Source of the DNA: an uncultured Solirubrobacterales bacterium
GTDB lineage: Bacteria > Actinomycetota > Thermoleophilia > Solirubrobacterales > Solirubrobacteraceae
NCBI GenBank assembly: GCA_963754055.1
Contig: CAVWFJ010000018.1
Location: forward strand, 210,665-274,664
Reading direction: 5' to 3'
Length of the DNA stretch: 64,000 nt
Below are positions 20,233 through 30,671 of the stretch, piece by piece (position 1 is the first letter of the stretch; the number at the start of each line of letters is the position of its first letter). The notes beneath the pieces were generated by a model. The model was given only the letters and a program-made list of their open reading frames with translations. It did no database searches and had not been told where the DNA came from. The position numbers and the translations under genes are program-made.

Positions 20233-21678
20233 ATGAATGGGGACTCGCACGGGCCAGCGCGCGTCCATCCGAAAGTGATCCTGGCCGTGCTGTCCCTGGC
20301 CGGTATGGCCTACGCGGTGCTGGCCTCGGCCGTGATCCCGGCGCTGCCCGATCTACAGCGCACCTTCCACACGACCGAGACCGGCGCGGCTTGGTTGCTG
20401 ACCGGGTTCCTGCTCTCCGCGTCGGTGGGGACATCGATCATCGGCCGACTCGGCGATATCTATGGCAAGGAGCGGTTGCTGTTCTGGACCTTGATCATCC
20501 TGGCCGCCGGCACGCTGCTCGCGGCCGTCGCGCAGTCGCTGCCGGTGTTGATCCTGGCACGAGTGATCCAGGGGGTCGCCGGCGGCATCTTCCCGCTCGC
20601 GTTCTCGATCGCCCGAGATGAATTCCCGCCCGACAAGGTCGCGGGCAGCATCGGCCTGATGTCGTCGATCCTCGGCGTGGGCAGCGGCTTGGGGCTGATC
20701 ATCGGGGCACTGGTGATCGAGCACCTGGGTTGGCATTGGTTGTTCTGGCTCCCGCTCGTCGTGACGCTCCTCGCGGCGTTCTGCACCCGGCGCTATATCC
20801 CGGAGTCCCCGGTGCGGTCGCCCGGAAAGGTGAACTGGCTCGCCGCCGCGCTGATGAGCCTCGGTATCTGCTTGATCCTGATCGCGATCGCGCAGACCAC
20901 AGTCTGGGGGTGGGTGAGCGTCAGAACGACCGGCCTGTTCCTGATCGGGGTGGTGTTCTGCGTGCTGTGGGTCCGAGTCGAGCTCCGAAGCCGCCAGCCG
21001 CTGATCGACATGGCGATGATGCGAATCCGGGGGGTGTGGACGACGAACCTCGCGGCGTTCCTGCTTGGCGCGGGCATGTATTCGTCGTTCATCATCTTCC
21101 CCCAGTTTGCGCAACTACCGAAGAGCACCGGGTTCGGGTTCGGGGCCTCGGTGGTCGTCGCCGCGCTGTACCTCGTCCCGTGCGCACTGGCCATGGCACT
21201 GCTTGGCTCGGTGGCTGGACCGATCGCTGGGCGCTACGGTTCGAAGCCCGCGTTGATCGTCGGCTCGGCGATCAGCGCGTTCGCGTTCGCCTACGCTGCG
21301 GTGGCTCACGATCACCCCTACGAGTTGCTCATCACCGTGACCTTGCTGGGGGTTGGGATCGGGCTTGCCTTCGCGGCGATGGGAAACCTGATTGTGCAAG
21401 CCGTGCCACCTACCCAGACCGGCGTGGCGAGTGGGATGAACACGGTGATGCGTACGCTGGGCGGCGCGCTGGGCGGGCAGATCTCGGCCACCTTGATCAC
21501 CGACCACACGGCCCACGGGCTGCCGACCGTCACCGGCTTCACCCTCTCGTACATGCTGGCGACCGTGTTCCTGGCCGTGTGTGTGATCTCCGCCGCCCTG
21601 GTGCCGGGGAAGTCGGCAGCCACCGTCCCGGCCTCGGTCGAGGGGCAGCTGGCGACGGTCTCGAAAACCGCCGCCTAA
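20233..21678 (+). CDS. MFS transporter (DHA2-like, about 14 TM)
   Basis: GRLGDIYGKER motif A, ARVIQG, many TM segments; start ATG 20233. Confidence 0.88.
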   Translation: MNGDSHGPARVHPKVILAVLSLAGMAYAVLASAVIPALPDLQRTFHTTETGAAWLLTGFLLSASVGTSIIGRLGDIYGKERLLFWTLIILAAGTLLAAVAQSLPVLILARVIQGVAGGIFPLAFSIARDEFPPDKVAGSIGLMSSILGVGSGLGLIIGALVIEHLGWHWLFWLPLVVTLLAAFCTRRYIPESPVRSPGKVNWLAAALMSLGICLILIAIAQTTVWGWVSVRTTGLFLIGVVFCVLWVRVELRSRQPLIDMAMMRIRGVWTTNLAAFLLGAGMYSSFIIFPQFAQLPKSTGFGFGASVVVAALYLVPCALAMALLGSVAGPIAGRYGSKPALIVGSAISAFAFAYAAVAHDHPYELLITVTLLGVGIGLAFAAMGNLIVQAVPPTQTGVASGMNTVMRTLGGALGGQISATLITDHTAHGLPTVTGFTLSYMLATVFLAVCVISAALVPGKSAATVPASVEGQLATVSKTAA

Positions 21679-21722
21679 GTGGGCCACTAGCGACTCAGAA
21701 GTCTGACTTATGATTCGGCGCG

Positions 21723-22634
21723 GTGGAAGTTCGCCACTTGCGCTACTTCGTCGCCGTAGCTGAGGAACTCAACTTCGGTCGCGCGGCGGCTCGGTTGCAC
21801 GTCGCTCAGCCGGGCCTCAGCCAGCAGATCAAGGCACTCGAAGCCGAGCTGGGCGTTCGCCTGTTCGATCGCACGAAGCCACGGGTCACCCTGACCCAGG
21901 CGGGCTCGCTGCTGCTGGCCGAGGCCTACGGCGTCCTCAGCCGTTTCGACCATTGCCTCGAGACCATGCGCCGGGCTCGCGCCGAGACGCGCCGGGCGGA
22001 GGTTCGACTGGCGATGTGGAGCGAGTTCTCACGTATCTGGGGCCCGCCGTTGGTGGCCGAGATCCGACGCCGGCACCCCGAGTTGTCGTTGGCCGTCGAG
22101 GCGCTCCCCAGCGCCGCCACGGTGCGCGCGGTCGAGGTGGGCGAGCTCGAGCTCGGGATCGTGCGCTCGATCCCGGACCGGAGTCCGCTGGCTCGCCGCC
22201 TACTCGCCAGCGAACCGCTAGGTGCCTGCCTGCCGACCGATCACCCGTGCGCGGACGGAAAGATTGTCCGGCCGGAGCGACTCAGTGGGGAGCCCCTGAT
22301 GTGGATGCCGCGCAGCTCGAATCCCGAGCTCTATGACCGGGTCCTGTCGGCTCTCGCCGTGGCCGGCCTCCGGGCCCCGTTCGTGGAATCAACCGGAACC
22401 ACGACCGCGACGTTCGCGCTGGTTGCCGACGGCTACGGATGGTGCCTGTGCTGCGAGGCCGAGGTAGCCGACGCCGCGACGACGCTGCCGCTCGTCTGGT
22501 TGCCGCTGTCCGGCGTCGACCTGATCGCGGAGACGTGGGCGGTGTGGTCAGCCGATCAGGCGAGTCCGGTGGCGGTCGAGGTGCTCGATGTGTTGAGCGA
22601 CATCCTTCCCGCCGCCGACGGCTCCCGCTCGTAA
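21723..22634 (+). CDS. LysR family transcriptional regulator
   Basis: LRYFVAVAEELNFGRAAARLHVAQPGLSQQIKALE HTH. Confidence 0.92.
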   Translation: MEVRHLRYFVAVAEELNFGRAAARLHVAQPGLSQQIKALEAELGVRLFDRTKPRVTLTQAGSLLLAEAYGVLSRFDHCLETMRRARAETRRAEVRLAMWSEFSRIWGPPLVAEIRRRHPELSLAVEALPSAATVRAVEVGELELGIVRSIPDRSPLARRLLASEPLGACLPTDHPCADGKIVRPERLSGEPLMWMPRSSNPELYDRVLSALAVAGLRAPFVESTGTTTATFALVADGYGWCLCCEAEVADAATTLPLVWLPLSGVDLIAETWAVWSADQASPVAVEVLDVLSDILPAADGSRS

Positions 22635-22706
22635 GAACGCCGGCTTCTCAGGAGAGAACCAGCCGGTCTTGGACTTTGCCTCCGGCTTGCAGTCCAATGT
22701 TTGACC

Positions 22707-23882
22707 ATGCGCGTCCTGTTCACCTGCCGGCACGGGTTGGGTCATCTTCACCCGCTGGTGCCGCTCGCACGCGCGATGTCCGCGGCCGGCCACGAGGTCG
22801 CCTTCGCCACCGCGGATCCGTTTCGCATGGCCGTCCAGAAGGCTGGGTTCGACACGTTCAGCGCCGGCCTCGAGGTTGACCGTTGGCGCGAGGAGTTCGC
22901 ACGCCGATTCGGTGAGTTCGACCTGATCCCGCGCGCAGAGTTCCGGCAGCTGTTCTTCGGCCAGGTGTTCACCGATCTCGAAGCTCCGCCCCGCGCCGCG
23001 GACCTCAGGGCGATCGTCGAGCGCTGGCAGCCGGACCTCCTGGTGCATGAGATCGCCGAATTCGCCGCCCCGCTCGTCGCAGCGCTCGACGGCATCCCAT
23101 ACGCCACGCTAGGGGTCGGACCCGTGCTCCAGCCCGAGATCGCCGAGCTAGCCGCCACGGCGATGGGTCGCCACTGGCAGGCCGCCGGCCTGCACCCCGC
23201 CGGCGCGCGGCCCTACCGTTCGCTGTACCTCGATCCGTGTCCGCCCACCCTTCAGGCGCCGGTGGCGGCCGAGCTCGAGGATCGAGTCCTGATCCGCCCC
23301 GACCCGGCCGAGTCGCGCGGCGACTCACCGATGCCCTCGGTGTTCGAAGATCTCCCCTATCGGTCGACGGTGTACGTCACTCTCGGGACGATCTTCAATC
23401 GTGACCACGACACGTTTGCCACCGTCGTTCGCGGCCTGGCTGCCCGGCCGATCAACCTGATCGTCACCGTCGGCCATGAAGTCGACCCCGCCGGGCTCGG
23501 GCCTCAGCCGGAGAACGTGCGCGTGTTTCGCTACCTCCCGCAGGCGCAGGTGTTGCCCGGCTGTGACGCCGTCGTGTGTCACGGAGGTGCGAGCACGATG
23601 CTCGGGGCGCTGTCGTTCGGGTTGCCGCTCCTGGTCGTGCCGCGCGGGGCGGACAACTTCTACAACTCCGATCAGGTGGTGGCGGCGGGCGCCGGCCGCC
23701 GGTTACTCGACGCCGACATCACCGCCGAACGCGTCGCCGATCAAGTGGCGCGGCTCCTGGCCGACGACGGATGCCGGCGCGCGGCGACCAGGATCGCCGG
23801 CGCAATCCGCGCCATGCCGGCGCCGGCGCGGATCGTCCCCGCGCTCGAGCGGCTCGCCCGCGCGGCAATCGGCGCGGCTTGA
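22707..23882 (+). CDS. GT1-family glycosyltransferase (natural-product/macrolide type)
   Basis: GHLHPLVPLARA N-terminus, VYVTLGT, YLPQ, HGGASTM motifs. Confidence 0.85.
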   Translation: MRVLFTCRHGLGHLHPLVPLARAMSAAGHEVAFATADPFRMAVQKAGFDTFSAGLEVDRWREEFARRFGEFDLIPRAEFRQLFFGQVFTDLEAPPRAADLRAIVERWQPDLLVHEIAEFAAPLVAALDGIPYATLGVGPVLQPEIAELAATAMGRHWQAAGLHPAGARPYRSLYLDPCPPTLQAPVAAELEDRVLIRPDPAESRGDSPMPSVFEDLPYRSTVYVTLGTIFNRDHDTFATVVRGLAARPINLIVTVGHEVDPAGLGPQPENVRVFRYLPQAQVLPGCDAVVCHGGASTMLGALSFGLPLLVVPRGADNFYNSDQVVAAGAGRRLLDADITAERVADQVARLLADDGCRRAATRIAGAIRAMPAPARIVPALERLARAAIGAA

Positions 23883-23916
23883 AAAGGGGTTCTACCCGCC
23901 GTACAGTCCTCTCGCG

Positions 23917-25458
23917 ATGGGGGTCGCCCTTCTGATCTGCCGTCTGCTGCTGGCGGGCGTGTTCGTCGGTGCTGGCCTGGCGAAGCTGGCGGACCGGGGA
24001 GGCACGAGGACGGCAGCGGTCGAGTTCGGAGTGCCGGAGCGGCTCGCCGGCTTGGTCGCCGAGGTGCTGCCGGTCCTCGAGCTGGCGATCGGAATCGCCC
24101 TAGTGCCGTCGTCGACGGCGCGGTTCGCCGCGCTGGCCGCGGCGGTGCTGTTGCTCGCCTTCAGCGCCGCGATCGTGAATGCGATGGCCCACGGCCGCGC
24201 TCCCGATTGCCATTGCTTTGGGCAGGTCCACTCGGCGCCGGCGGGCTGGCGGACGCTGCTGCGCAATCTCGTTCTACTCGGGCTGGCCGCGTTCGTCGCC
24301 ATCGCCGGGTGGGAAGGCGCGGGCGTCAGCGCGACCCATTGGGTGGCTCAGCTGCACGGCACGTTGCTCGTGGTGATCGTCGCCGGGTTGATCGTGCTCG
24401 GCCTGGTCGCCTTCCAGCTGTGGTTCTCCTTCGAGCTGTTGGCCCAGAACGGCCGCGCCCTCCGGCGCCTGGACGCCCTCGAGGAGATGGTGGCTGCCCT
24501 CGGCCTGCCCGATGGCGCGCCGCCGGAGCCGCCCGTCCTCGGTGAGGGGCTGCTCGGCGGCGGCCTCGCCGTCGGCTCGCCGGCGCCGCTGTTTGAGCTC
24601 CGAAGCGTCGAGGGCGAGCCCCATTCGCTGGCCGAGCTGCTGGGCGGCGGCCGTCCGGTGATGCTGATCTTCTCCGACGCCGGCTGCGGGCCGTGCGCGG
24701 CGTTGATGCCGACGGTCGCCGTCTGGCAGCGCGAGCACCGGGACCAGATCGAGATCGCGGTGATTGCCGGCGGGGATCCGGAGAGCAACCACGCCAAGGC
24801 CGGCGAGCACGGCCTCGAACAGGTGCTCTTGCAGACCGAGGGAGAGGTTGCCAAGGCCTATGAAGCTCACGGCACTCCGATGGCCGTAGTGATCGGAGCC
24901 GACGGCCTGATCGCCAGTCCGACGGTCGGCGGCGCGGAGGCGATCACGAGCCTGATGACGCAGGCGACGCGCCCCGTGCTGGCGATCCGCCAACACGTGC
25001 CCTCCGGTAATGGAGCCCCACCGGGGACTCCACAAGCCGCGTACGCCGGCCCTGACACCACGCATATCGGCGACCCGGCACCGGCGCTGTCGCTGTCAGA
25101 TCTCGACGGCCGGCCGGTCGCGCTCAGCGACCTCTACGGTGAGCGCACGCTCGCGCTGTTCTGGAACCCGGGGTGCGGTTTCTGTCAGCAGATGCTCCCC
25201 GACCTCAAGGCGTTCGAGGCCGATCCGCCCGCGGGCGCGCCCCAGCTGGTGGTGATCACCATCGGCGACCGCGATGAGGTGCGCGAGCACGGCTTGCGCT
25301 CGCCGGTGCTGCTGGATTCCGATGGGTCCGCGATGCGGGCCTTTGAGGCGGACGGCACCCCGATGGGGGTGCTGGTCGAGCGCGGCAAGATCGCCTCGTC
25401 GGTGGCCGCGGGCGCGGTGGCGGTCTTCGAGCTGGCGCGCCACGGCGCGCCCGACTGA
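23917..25458 (+). CDS. MauE/DoxX membrane domain fused to two thioredoxin-like (redoxin) domains
   Basis: TM helices with CHCFG motif and LLRNLVL; CGPC and CGFC CxxC motifs each followed later by GTP; start ATG 23917. Confidence 0.8.
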   Translation: MGVALLICRLLLAGVFVGAGLAKLADRGGTRTAAVEFGVPERLAGLVAEVLPVLELAIGIALVPSSTARFAALAAAVLLLAFSAAIVNAMAHGRAPDCHCFGQVHSAPAGWRTLLRNLVLLGLAAFVAIAGWEGAGVSATHWVAQLHGTLLVVIVAGLIVLGLVAFQLWFSFELLAQNGRALRRLDALEEMVAALGLPDGAPPEPPVLGEGLLGGGLAVGSPAPLFELRSVEGEPHSLAELLGGGRPVMLIFSDAGCGPCAALMPTVAVWQREHRDQIEIAVIAGGDPESNHAKAGEHGLEQVLLQTEGEVAKAYEAHGTPMAVVIGADGLIASPTVGGAEAITSLMTQATRPVLAIRQHVPSGNGAPPGTPQAAYAGPDTTHIGDPAPALSLSDLDGRPVALSDLYGERTLALFWNPGCGFCQQMLPDLKAFEADPPAGAPQLVVITIGDRDEVREHGLRSPVLLDSDGSAMRAFEADGTPMGVLVERGKIASSVAAGAVAVFELARHGAPD

Positions 25459-25488
25459 CTCGTCGCTCAAGCGCCCGGCGGGAGCTAC

Positions 25489-25626
25489 TCAGAGCATCTG
25501 ACGCCGGGCGAGCGCGGCGAACAGCCCGTCGCCGGCGATCAACTCCTCGAACGGAGCGTCCTCGACGACCTTCCCCCCATCGAGCACGACGATGTGGTCG
25601 GCGAGCTGAACGGTGCCCACCCGGAA
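25489..25626 (-). pseudogene. C-terminal remnant of an ABC exporter ATPase
   Basis: Minus-strand frame FRVGTVQLADHIVVLDGGKVVEDAPFEELIAGDGLFAALARRQML* bounded upstream by a stop; matches the post-H-loop tail of ABC exporters. Confidence 0.7.
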
Positions 25627-25771
25627 TCACTCAGCCCGACTAGTGCACGGCGTGTGCGTCCGTGTCGCGCTGCGGATCCTCGCCCTCGCCGCGGGACTCG
25701 TCCATAACCAAACAATCGGTGACCCAGGCCGCCACTTCACCCATTACAGCCGCTGATTCGGAATCAACCAT

Positions 25772-26173
25772 CTAGTCGTCCCCGATGGCCCGTGCCAGCG
25801 CCCACAGGCACAGCAGGTGGACGCTCTGATCGACCATCAGCATCACGTCACCCGGCGCCTCCGCCTCCTCCAGGCGCTTGCCCCAGTGGGCCCAGCAGGC
25901 GAGCAGTCGGCCGTCGTCGAGGATCGCGTGCGGCAGCGCGATCCCAACCGCGGCCAGCGCCGCCACGCGGCCGCCGCGCCTGCGGGCGATTCCGGCGAGG
26001 GTCGGCGCGCACGCAAGCGTGTAGACCGCGACGTGCCTGGCCAGCGCCCGCCGCGAGGTCGCGTCCTGGGCCAGTCCGCCGCGTTTGTTCTGTGCCTGCC
26101 AGTCGGTCTGGAGCAGGAAATCCCCGACCGCGTGGGCGGCCAGGAGATCCGCGAAACGACTCGTCCAGTTCAT
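25772..26173 (-). CDS. DUF3307-like membrane protein
   Basis: AHAVGDFLLQT...H...HAILD...DQSVH pattern. Confidence 0.72.
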   Translation of the reverse strand: MNWTSRFADLLAAHAVGDFLLQTDWQAQNKRGGLAQDATSRRALARHVAVYTLACAPTLAGIARRRGGRVAALAAVGIALPHAILDDGRLLACWAHWGKRLEEAEAPGDVMLMVDQSVHLLCLWALARAIGDD

Positions 26174-26448
26174 CACCCGTAACTCCCGGAGTTATCCATG
26201 CTCAGCCGTGAACGGTGCAGCCACGGCGGTATCCGCCGGCCAGGCCAGAACACTCGAGTTACGCGTCCGTGCATATGTGTACAGGAGAGTTTGACAGCTT
26301 TTGGTAGGAAATCGCTAATAGCAGGTGCGTATGGGCCGCCTGGTAGCATCCCGCCGTCTCGGGCGGGGGCTCACCTAGCGAGGCAGAGGTGGCAACAAGA
26401 CCGAGACGACCCTGCCGTTCATCACTATTACTTGTTGGAGACGCACTG

Positions 26449-27486
26449 ATGCATATCCGCTCCATCCACTGGCGCCGTTGTGCTGTGGCCTTAGCAACCG
26501 TCCTGGCCGCGCTGGCCGCTGTGCCCGCTCTCGCGGTGGCGAGCATCCCGAGTCTCGGGCCGGTCGAACACGTCAACGCCAATGGGCTGAGCGTCGGCTA
26601 CCGGCAGGGTGGCAGTGGCACCCCGCTGATCATGGTCATCGGCCGCGCGGCCACGATGGCCGAGTGGGATCCGCGGCTGATCGATCAGCTGCTCCCCGAT
26701 CACCATGTGGTGATCTTCGACAATCGCGGCGTCGGGACCACGAACAACCCCTCGCACAAGCCGGTCACGATTCAACTGATGGCCAAGGACACGTTGGCGC
26801 TGGCGACCGCGCTCCACATCAGGAAATTCGATCTCATGGGCTGGTCGCAGGGGAGCCAGACCTCGCAGCAGGCGGCGCTCGACGCTCAGAATCGCGTGCT
26901 CAAGCTGATCCTCTGCGCCACCGATTCGGGTGGCAGCAGCTATCACCCGCCGGCCAACCGGATTCTCCAGTTGCTCGAAAGCCCCAACCTCACCACATTG
27001 GATTTGCTGGCCCTCAGCTTCCCGCCCACGCCGGCCGGGATCAAGGGCGAATTCGCCTACACCTCGCGCGTCTACGCCCAGTACAACCGCGACGACCTGC
27101 CCTCCGACAGCTTTACGGTTTCGAAGCGGGCCGCGATCGGCCAGGCACACGCCGCGAACCAGTGGCGGGCCCACGGCGATTACGACGAGCTGCCGAAGCT
27201 GAAGACTCAGACCCTGGTGATGTGGGGCAACCTCGACATCGTGGTGCCGCCCGCGAACGACAAGGAGGTCGTGGCCGCCCTGCCCAACGCCACGAGCCAG
27301 GTGTTCAAGGGCGCCGGCCATGGGTTCTTATTCCAGGACTCGAAGCAGGTCGGCCGAGCCATGGACAGGTTCTTGGCGGCTGGTCGCGCGTCGCACACGT
27401 CTGGTCGGCAAACAGGCCGACCTGTTCCCGAACTGGCAGTACTTCGCGTTCGCGACCAACCGCACCGAGCCGCTGCTGCTGGTTGA
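26449..27486 (+). CDS. Secreted alpha/beta hydrolase; native stop apparently replaced by IS-derived sequence
   Basis: Signal peptide (RRCAVALATVLAALAAVPALA), FDNRGVG, GWSQG nucleophile, GAGHG; sequence after DRFLA (about 27378) derives from the IS remnant. Confidence 0.78.
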   Translation: MHIRSIHWRRCAVALATVLAALAAVPALAVASIPSLGPVEHVNANGLSVGYRQGGSGTPLIMVIGRAATMAEWDPRLIDQLLPDHHVVIFDNRGVGTTNNPSHKPVTIQLMAKDTLALATALHIRKFDLMGWSQGSQTSQQAALDAQNRVLKLILCATDSGGSSYHPPANRILQLLESPNLTTLDLLALSFPPTPAGIKGEFAYTSRVYAQYNRDDLPSDSFTVSKRAAIGQAHAANQWRAHGDYDELPKLKTQTLVMWGNLDIVVPPANDKEVVAALPNATSQVFKGAGHGFLFQDSKQVGRAMDRFLAAGRASHTSGRQTGRPVPELAVLRVRDQPHRAAAAG

Positions 27487-27823
27487 GGGCGAGCATCGCG
27501 AGCACGCCGTCGTCGAGCTCTGCATCCGCGATCTCCAAGACCAAGCGCTCGCGCACTTCCCCTCCGGCCAGTTCGCCGCCAACAGCGCCTGGACCGTGAT
27601 CGCCGCCCTCGCGCACAACCTCGGACGGTGGACCAGCCAGATCGGCCTGCCCAACGACGGCACCCGCACCGCCGCGACCCGCCGCAACCGGCTGTTCCGG
27701 ATCCCCGGCCGACTGACACGCACCGCCCGACAATGGACACTCCGGATGCCCGCGCGCTGGCCCTGGCAACAAGACTTCAACGACGCGCTGACACGCATCC
27801 GCGCGCTCCCCGTCCTCACCTGA
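27376..27823 (+). mobile_element. IS1380-family transposase C-terminal remnant
   Basis: RLVARRTRL...FAFATN...HREHAVVELCIRDL..LAHFPSGQFAANSAW...AHNL...PARWPW; N-terminal part missing. Confidence 0.8.
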
Positions 27824-27907
27824 CCCGCCCCGCGGCACACCGACACCGATCAACGGCTCCGCCCGCAACGGCCACTTAGGTAGGAACGAATGTCTGCCCT
27901 TGGGCCC

Positions 27908-30085
27908 TTAGTCGGCGGCTAGAGGCGCCGCCGGCTGGGCGCAGGGCAGTGTTACGACGAACTCGGTGAACTGGTCCAGCTCGGATCGAACCTCGATCGA
28001 GCCCCCGTGCTGGAGCACGATGTCCCGGGAAATAGCCAGACCCAGACCCGTACCTTCGCCCGCCGGCTTGGTCGTGAAGAACGGCTCGAAGATGCGGTCG
28101 CGGTGTTCGGCGGCGATGCCCATCCCGGTATCGCGGATCCTGATCTCGACGTTGCCGTCGAGGCGAAGCCGCCCCGTGGAGACCGCAATCTCGGGCTCGT
28201 CCGCGCGGCCGTTGGGCGCAGCTGCCGCCACCGCCTCGCATGCGTTGGTGACCAGGTTGAGGACCACCCGCCCGAGGTCGGCTTCGACGACCGGAACCTT
28301 CGGCAGATCGGGATCGAGCTTCATCGTGAGCAGTGCCCGCACATCGAGTCCGCGCGCCCGAACCCCGTGGAAGGCCAGCGATGCGTACTGCTCGACCAAG
28401 CCGTTGACGTCCACCGGTTCGGCCGCCGCGGCCTGATCGCGGCTCAACGCCAGCATCGCCATCATGATGTCCAGCGCGCGACGCCCATGTCTCGCGATTG
28501 CATCGGCGTTGAAGCGGAGATCGGCCAGGATGCCCTCGAATTCGTTGGGGTCCGCGCCACTCTCAGACGTGCCGTCGAGCTCTTCGACCAGTTCGCGGTT
28601 CGCCTCGGCGAAGTTGATCACGAAGTTGAGCGGGTTCTTGACCTCATGGGCGATGCCGGCGGTCAGGGTTCCGAGCAGCGCGAGCTGCTGCTGGCGCACG
28701 AGCTTGTTCTCGAGCTCCAGACGCTGGGCCCGGCGGCGGTCGCTGAGGTCGATGTACATGGCTCGGATCCCCGTCGTCTGCCCAGACTCGTCGACGACCG
28801 GCCCCGCCTGCATCAGCACGGGAATGACCTTGCCGCTGCGGTCTTGGAGCTCGCGCTCCTGGGGCCTGAACTCCCCGTCCATTGCGCGTTGGAAATCGCC
28901 GTTTGCGAGCAGCGCGGAGGACTCTTCGGAGACGAACTCGGCCATGGGGCGGCCCAGCACATCGTCGAGGTTGAGCCCCAGCGCGTCGAGAAACGGCCGG
29001 TTGCAGTCGATCAGGGTCGGGCCTTGACTGCGGCTGAGCCGAACGACGACGTACATTCCGGGCGCCTCTTCGAACAGGCTCCGATACCGCCTGTCAGACG
29101 TGCTCAGCTCGACGCGGGCGGCGGCGACCAGCAGGACCGTGACGACCAGCAGCCCGAACGCGAGCTGTGACACATACAAGGCGTTGTTGACATTGGAGGT
29201 GAACTGGGCAAACGCACCTCGCCCCGCCCCGGTCTGCAAGGCGATGCCGAAGGCCGCCACGAACAGCAGCAGGGTCGCCGCGCGCGGGCCCATTCGCCAG
29301 GCCCCGAACAGGATCAAGGCCGTGATCACGTAAGGCGCCAGCAACCCCACCGGGCCACGGGCGAGCGCAGAGTGAGCGAACAAGACGACGATGGCGGCGA
29401 TGACAGCGGCGAGATTGACGGCCAACAGGAGCCACTCGCGCCAGTTGGCGCGCAGCACATCGATCCGCAGTGGCTGGCTCAACCAGACGACCAGTAGTGG
29501 GGTGATCAACATGATTCCGAGCAACGAACCGGTCGCCCACGTGACCCAGAAGGTCAGGTAGTCGCCAAACCGATACGCGAGCGCGACCAGCAGAGCGACC
29601 GCGCCATTGGCGATCCCCATTACGGTCGCCATCACGAGGAAGAACGCCGCGTCGCCGACGCGATTGACCAACCCCCGCGTGTACAGACCCCGCTGCCGGA
29701 TCGGCGCGGTGAGGGGCACATAAACCAGCGTGGCGGCTGCGTAGCCGAGCGAAGCCAGAAACGGCGAATGGTTCAGCAGATCGCTCGCCACTTCCCCCGC
29801 GAAGATTCCAGCTGCCACCCACGGCCATCGCCGTGAGCGGCGGGTGGCGATCAGCAGCAGGACCGCGATGCCCGCCGGGGGCCAGAACGGCGACGAGTTG
29901 TTCTTGTAGGGAATCGCGTAGCCGACATACGAGAGCGCCCAGTAGCAGATCGCGGCCAGCGCGAGCAGCGCCGGACCCGGCAAACGATCGAGGCCGCCGA
30001 GAAGACCTTCGGCCTGCCGCCTGGCGGGGACGTCCGGCCAACGTGGTGTAAGTCTTCGTAGCGCGGTCGTGGTCACGGCGTTCAC
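27908..30085 (-). CDS. Sensor histidine kinase, MASE1 + PAS + HisKA/HATPase
   Basis: FWPPAGIA MASE1-type TM region; PAS; AHEVKNPLNF H-box, NLVTNA, DTGMG, FEPFFTTK, GTGLGL. Confidence 0.9.
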   Translation of the reverse strand: MNAVTTTALRRLTPRWPDVPARRQAEGLLGGLDRLPGPALLALAAICYWALSYVGYAIPYKNNSSPFWPPAGIAVLLLIATRRSRRWPWVAAGIFAGEVASDLLNHSPFLASLGYAAATLVYVPLTAPIRQRGLYTRGLVNRVGDAAFFLVMATVMGIANGAVALLVALAYRFGDYLTFWVTWATGSLLGIMLITPLLVVWLSQPLRIDVLRANWREWLLLAVNLAAVIAAIVVLFAHSALARGPVGLLAPYVITALILFGAWRMGPRAATLLLFVAAFGIALQTGAGRGAFAQFTSNVNNALYVSQLAFGLLVVTVLLVAAARVELSTSDRRYRSLFEEAPGMYVVVRLSRSQGPTLIDCNRPFLDALGLNLDDVLGRPMAEFVSEESSALLANGDFQRAMDGEFRPQERELQDRSGKVIPVLMQAGPVVDESGQTTGIRAMYIDLSDRRRAQRLELENKLVRQQQLALLGTLTAGIAHEVKNPLNFVINFAEANRELVEELDGTSESGADPNEFEGILADLRFNADAIARHGRRALDIMMAMLALSRDQAAAAEPVDVNGLVEQYASLAFHGVRARGLDVRALLTMKLDPDLPKVPVVEADLGRVVLNLVTNACEAVAAAAPNGRADEPEIAVSTGRLRLDGNVEIRIRDTGMGIAAEHRDRIFEPFFTTKPAGEGTGLGLAISRDIVLQHGGSIEVRSELDQFTEFVVTLPCAQPAAPLAAD

Positions 30086-30471
30086 CCAGTCTGTGCCTCC
30101 GTCGAGTCGCTGAAGATCAGATCGCGTAGCTCTTCAAAATCGACCGGCTTAGTCAGGTAACCGCTCGCGCCCAGGCTCATCGCCCGGTCGCGATGGTCGT
30201 GGGTGTGGTACGCGGTGACGAGGTACACGGCAAGCTGGGGCCAATCATTCCGGATCTCCTCCAGCAGCTGAAATCCGTCCATGCCGGGCATGCGAACGTC
30301 AGCCAGGATCAGGACCACGTCCGCGCCGAGTTCCCTCAGCTGCTCGAGCGCCTGGTGTCCTGAGGTAGCGAACTCAAAGCGAATCTCGCCGGCGACGATG
30401 TCGCGGCGGAACCGTTGCCGGAACAGCGGCCGGACGTCCTCTTCATCGTCAACTACGAGAACAAGCTTCAC
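30082..30471 (-). CDS. Stand-alone response regulator receiver protein
   Basis: VVDDE, ADVRMP, VTAY, TKPVDF; 4-nt overlap with kinase. Confidence 0.9.
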   Translation of the reverse strand: MKLVLVVDDEEDVRPLFRQRFRRDIVAGEIRFEFATSGHQALEQLRELGADVVLILADVRMPGMDGFQLLEEIRNDWPQLAVYLVTAYHTHDHRDRAMSLGASGYLTKPVDFEELRDLIFSDSTEAQTG

Positions 30472-30620
30472 AAGTAGGTCCCTGCTCCCACTTACACCTT
30501 ATCGGCGCGCTAGAGCGATCTCTTTACGGGCCGAGTGCATCTGGAGGATCTCGATCTATCTCCATCGCACGCCGAATCAACGCCACCCAACGACGCTCAA
30601 GGATAACGGAATCCGAGGGT

Positions 30621-30649
30621 TTGACCGGCTTATGAAGTGCTGATACGAT
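30621..30649 (+). promoter_or_regulatory. Near-consensus sigma70 promoter upstream of the precursor peptides
   Basis: TTGACC (30621-26), 17 nt spacer, TACGAT (30644-49), with extended -10 TG at 30641-42. Confidence 0.6.
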
Positions 30650-30671
30650 CGCACCGGGGAACGAGACGAAT

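Noticed and set aside
21723-23882. LysR and GT1 glycosyltransferase as peptide-tailoring genes
   Set aside because: GT1 enzymes of this type usually act on small molecules; they lie about 7 kb away beyond an IS scar with no direct link to the precursors
26291-26321. TTGACA upstream of the alpha/beta hydrolase
   Set aside because: Perfect -35 but no convincing -10 at 16-18 bp spacing
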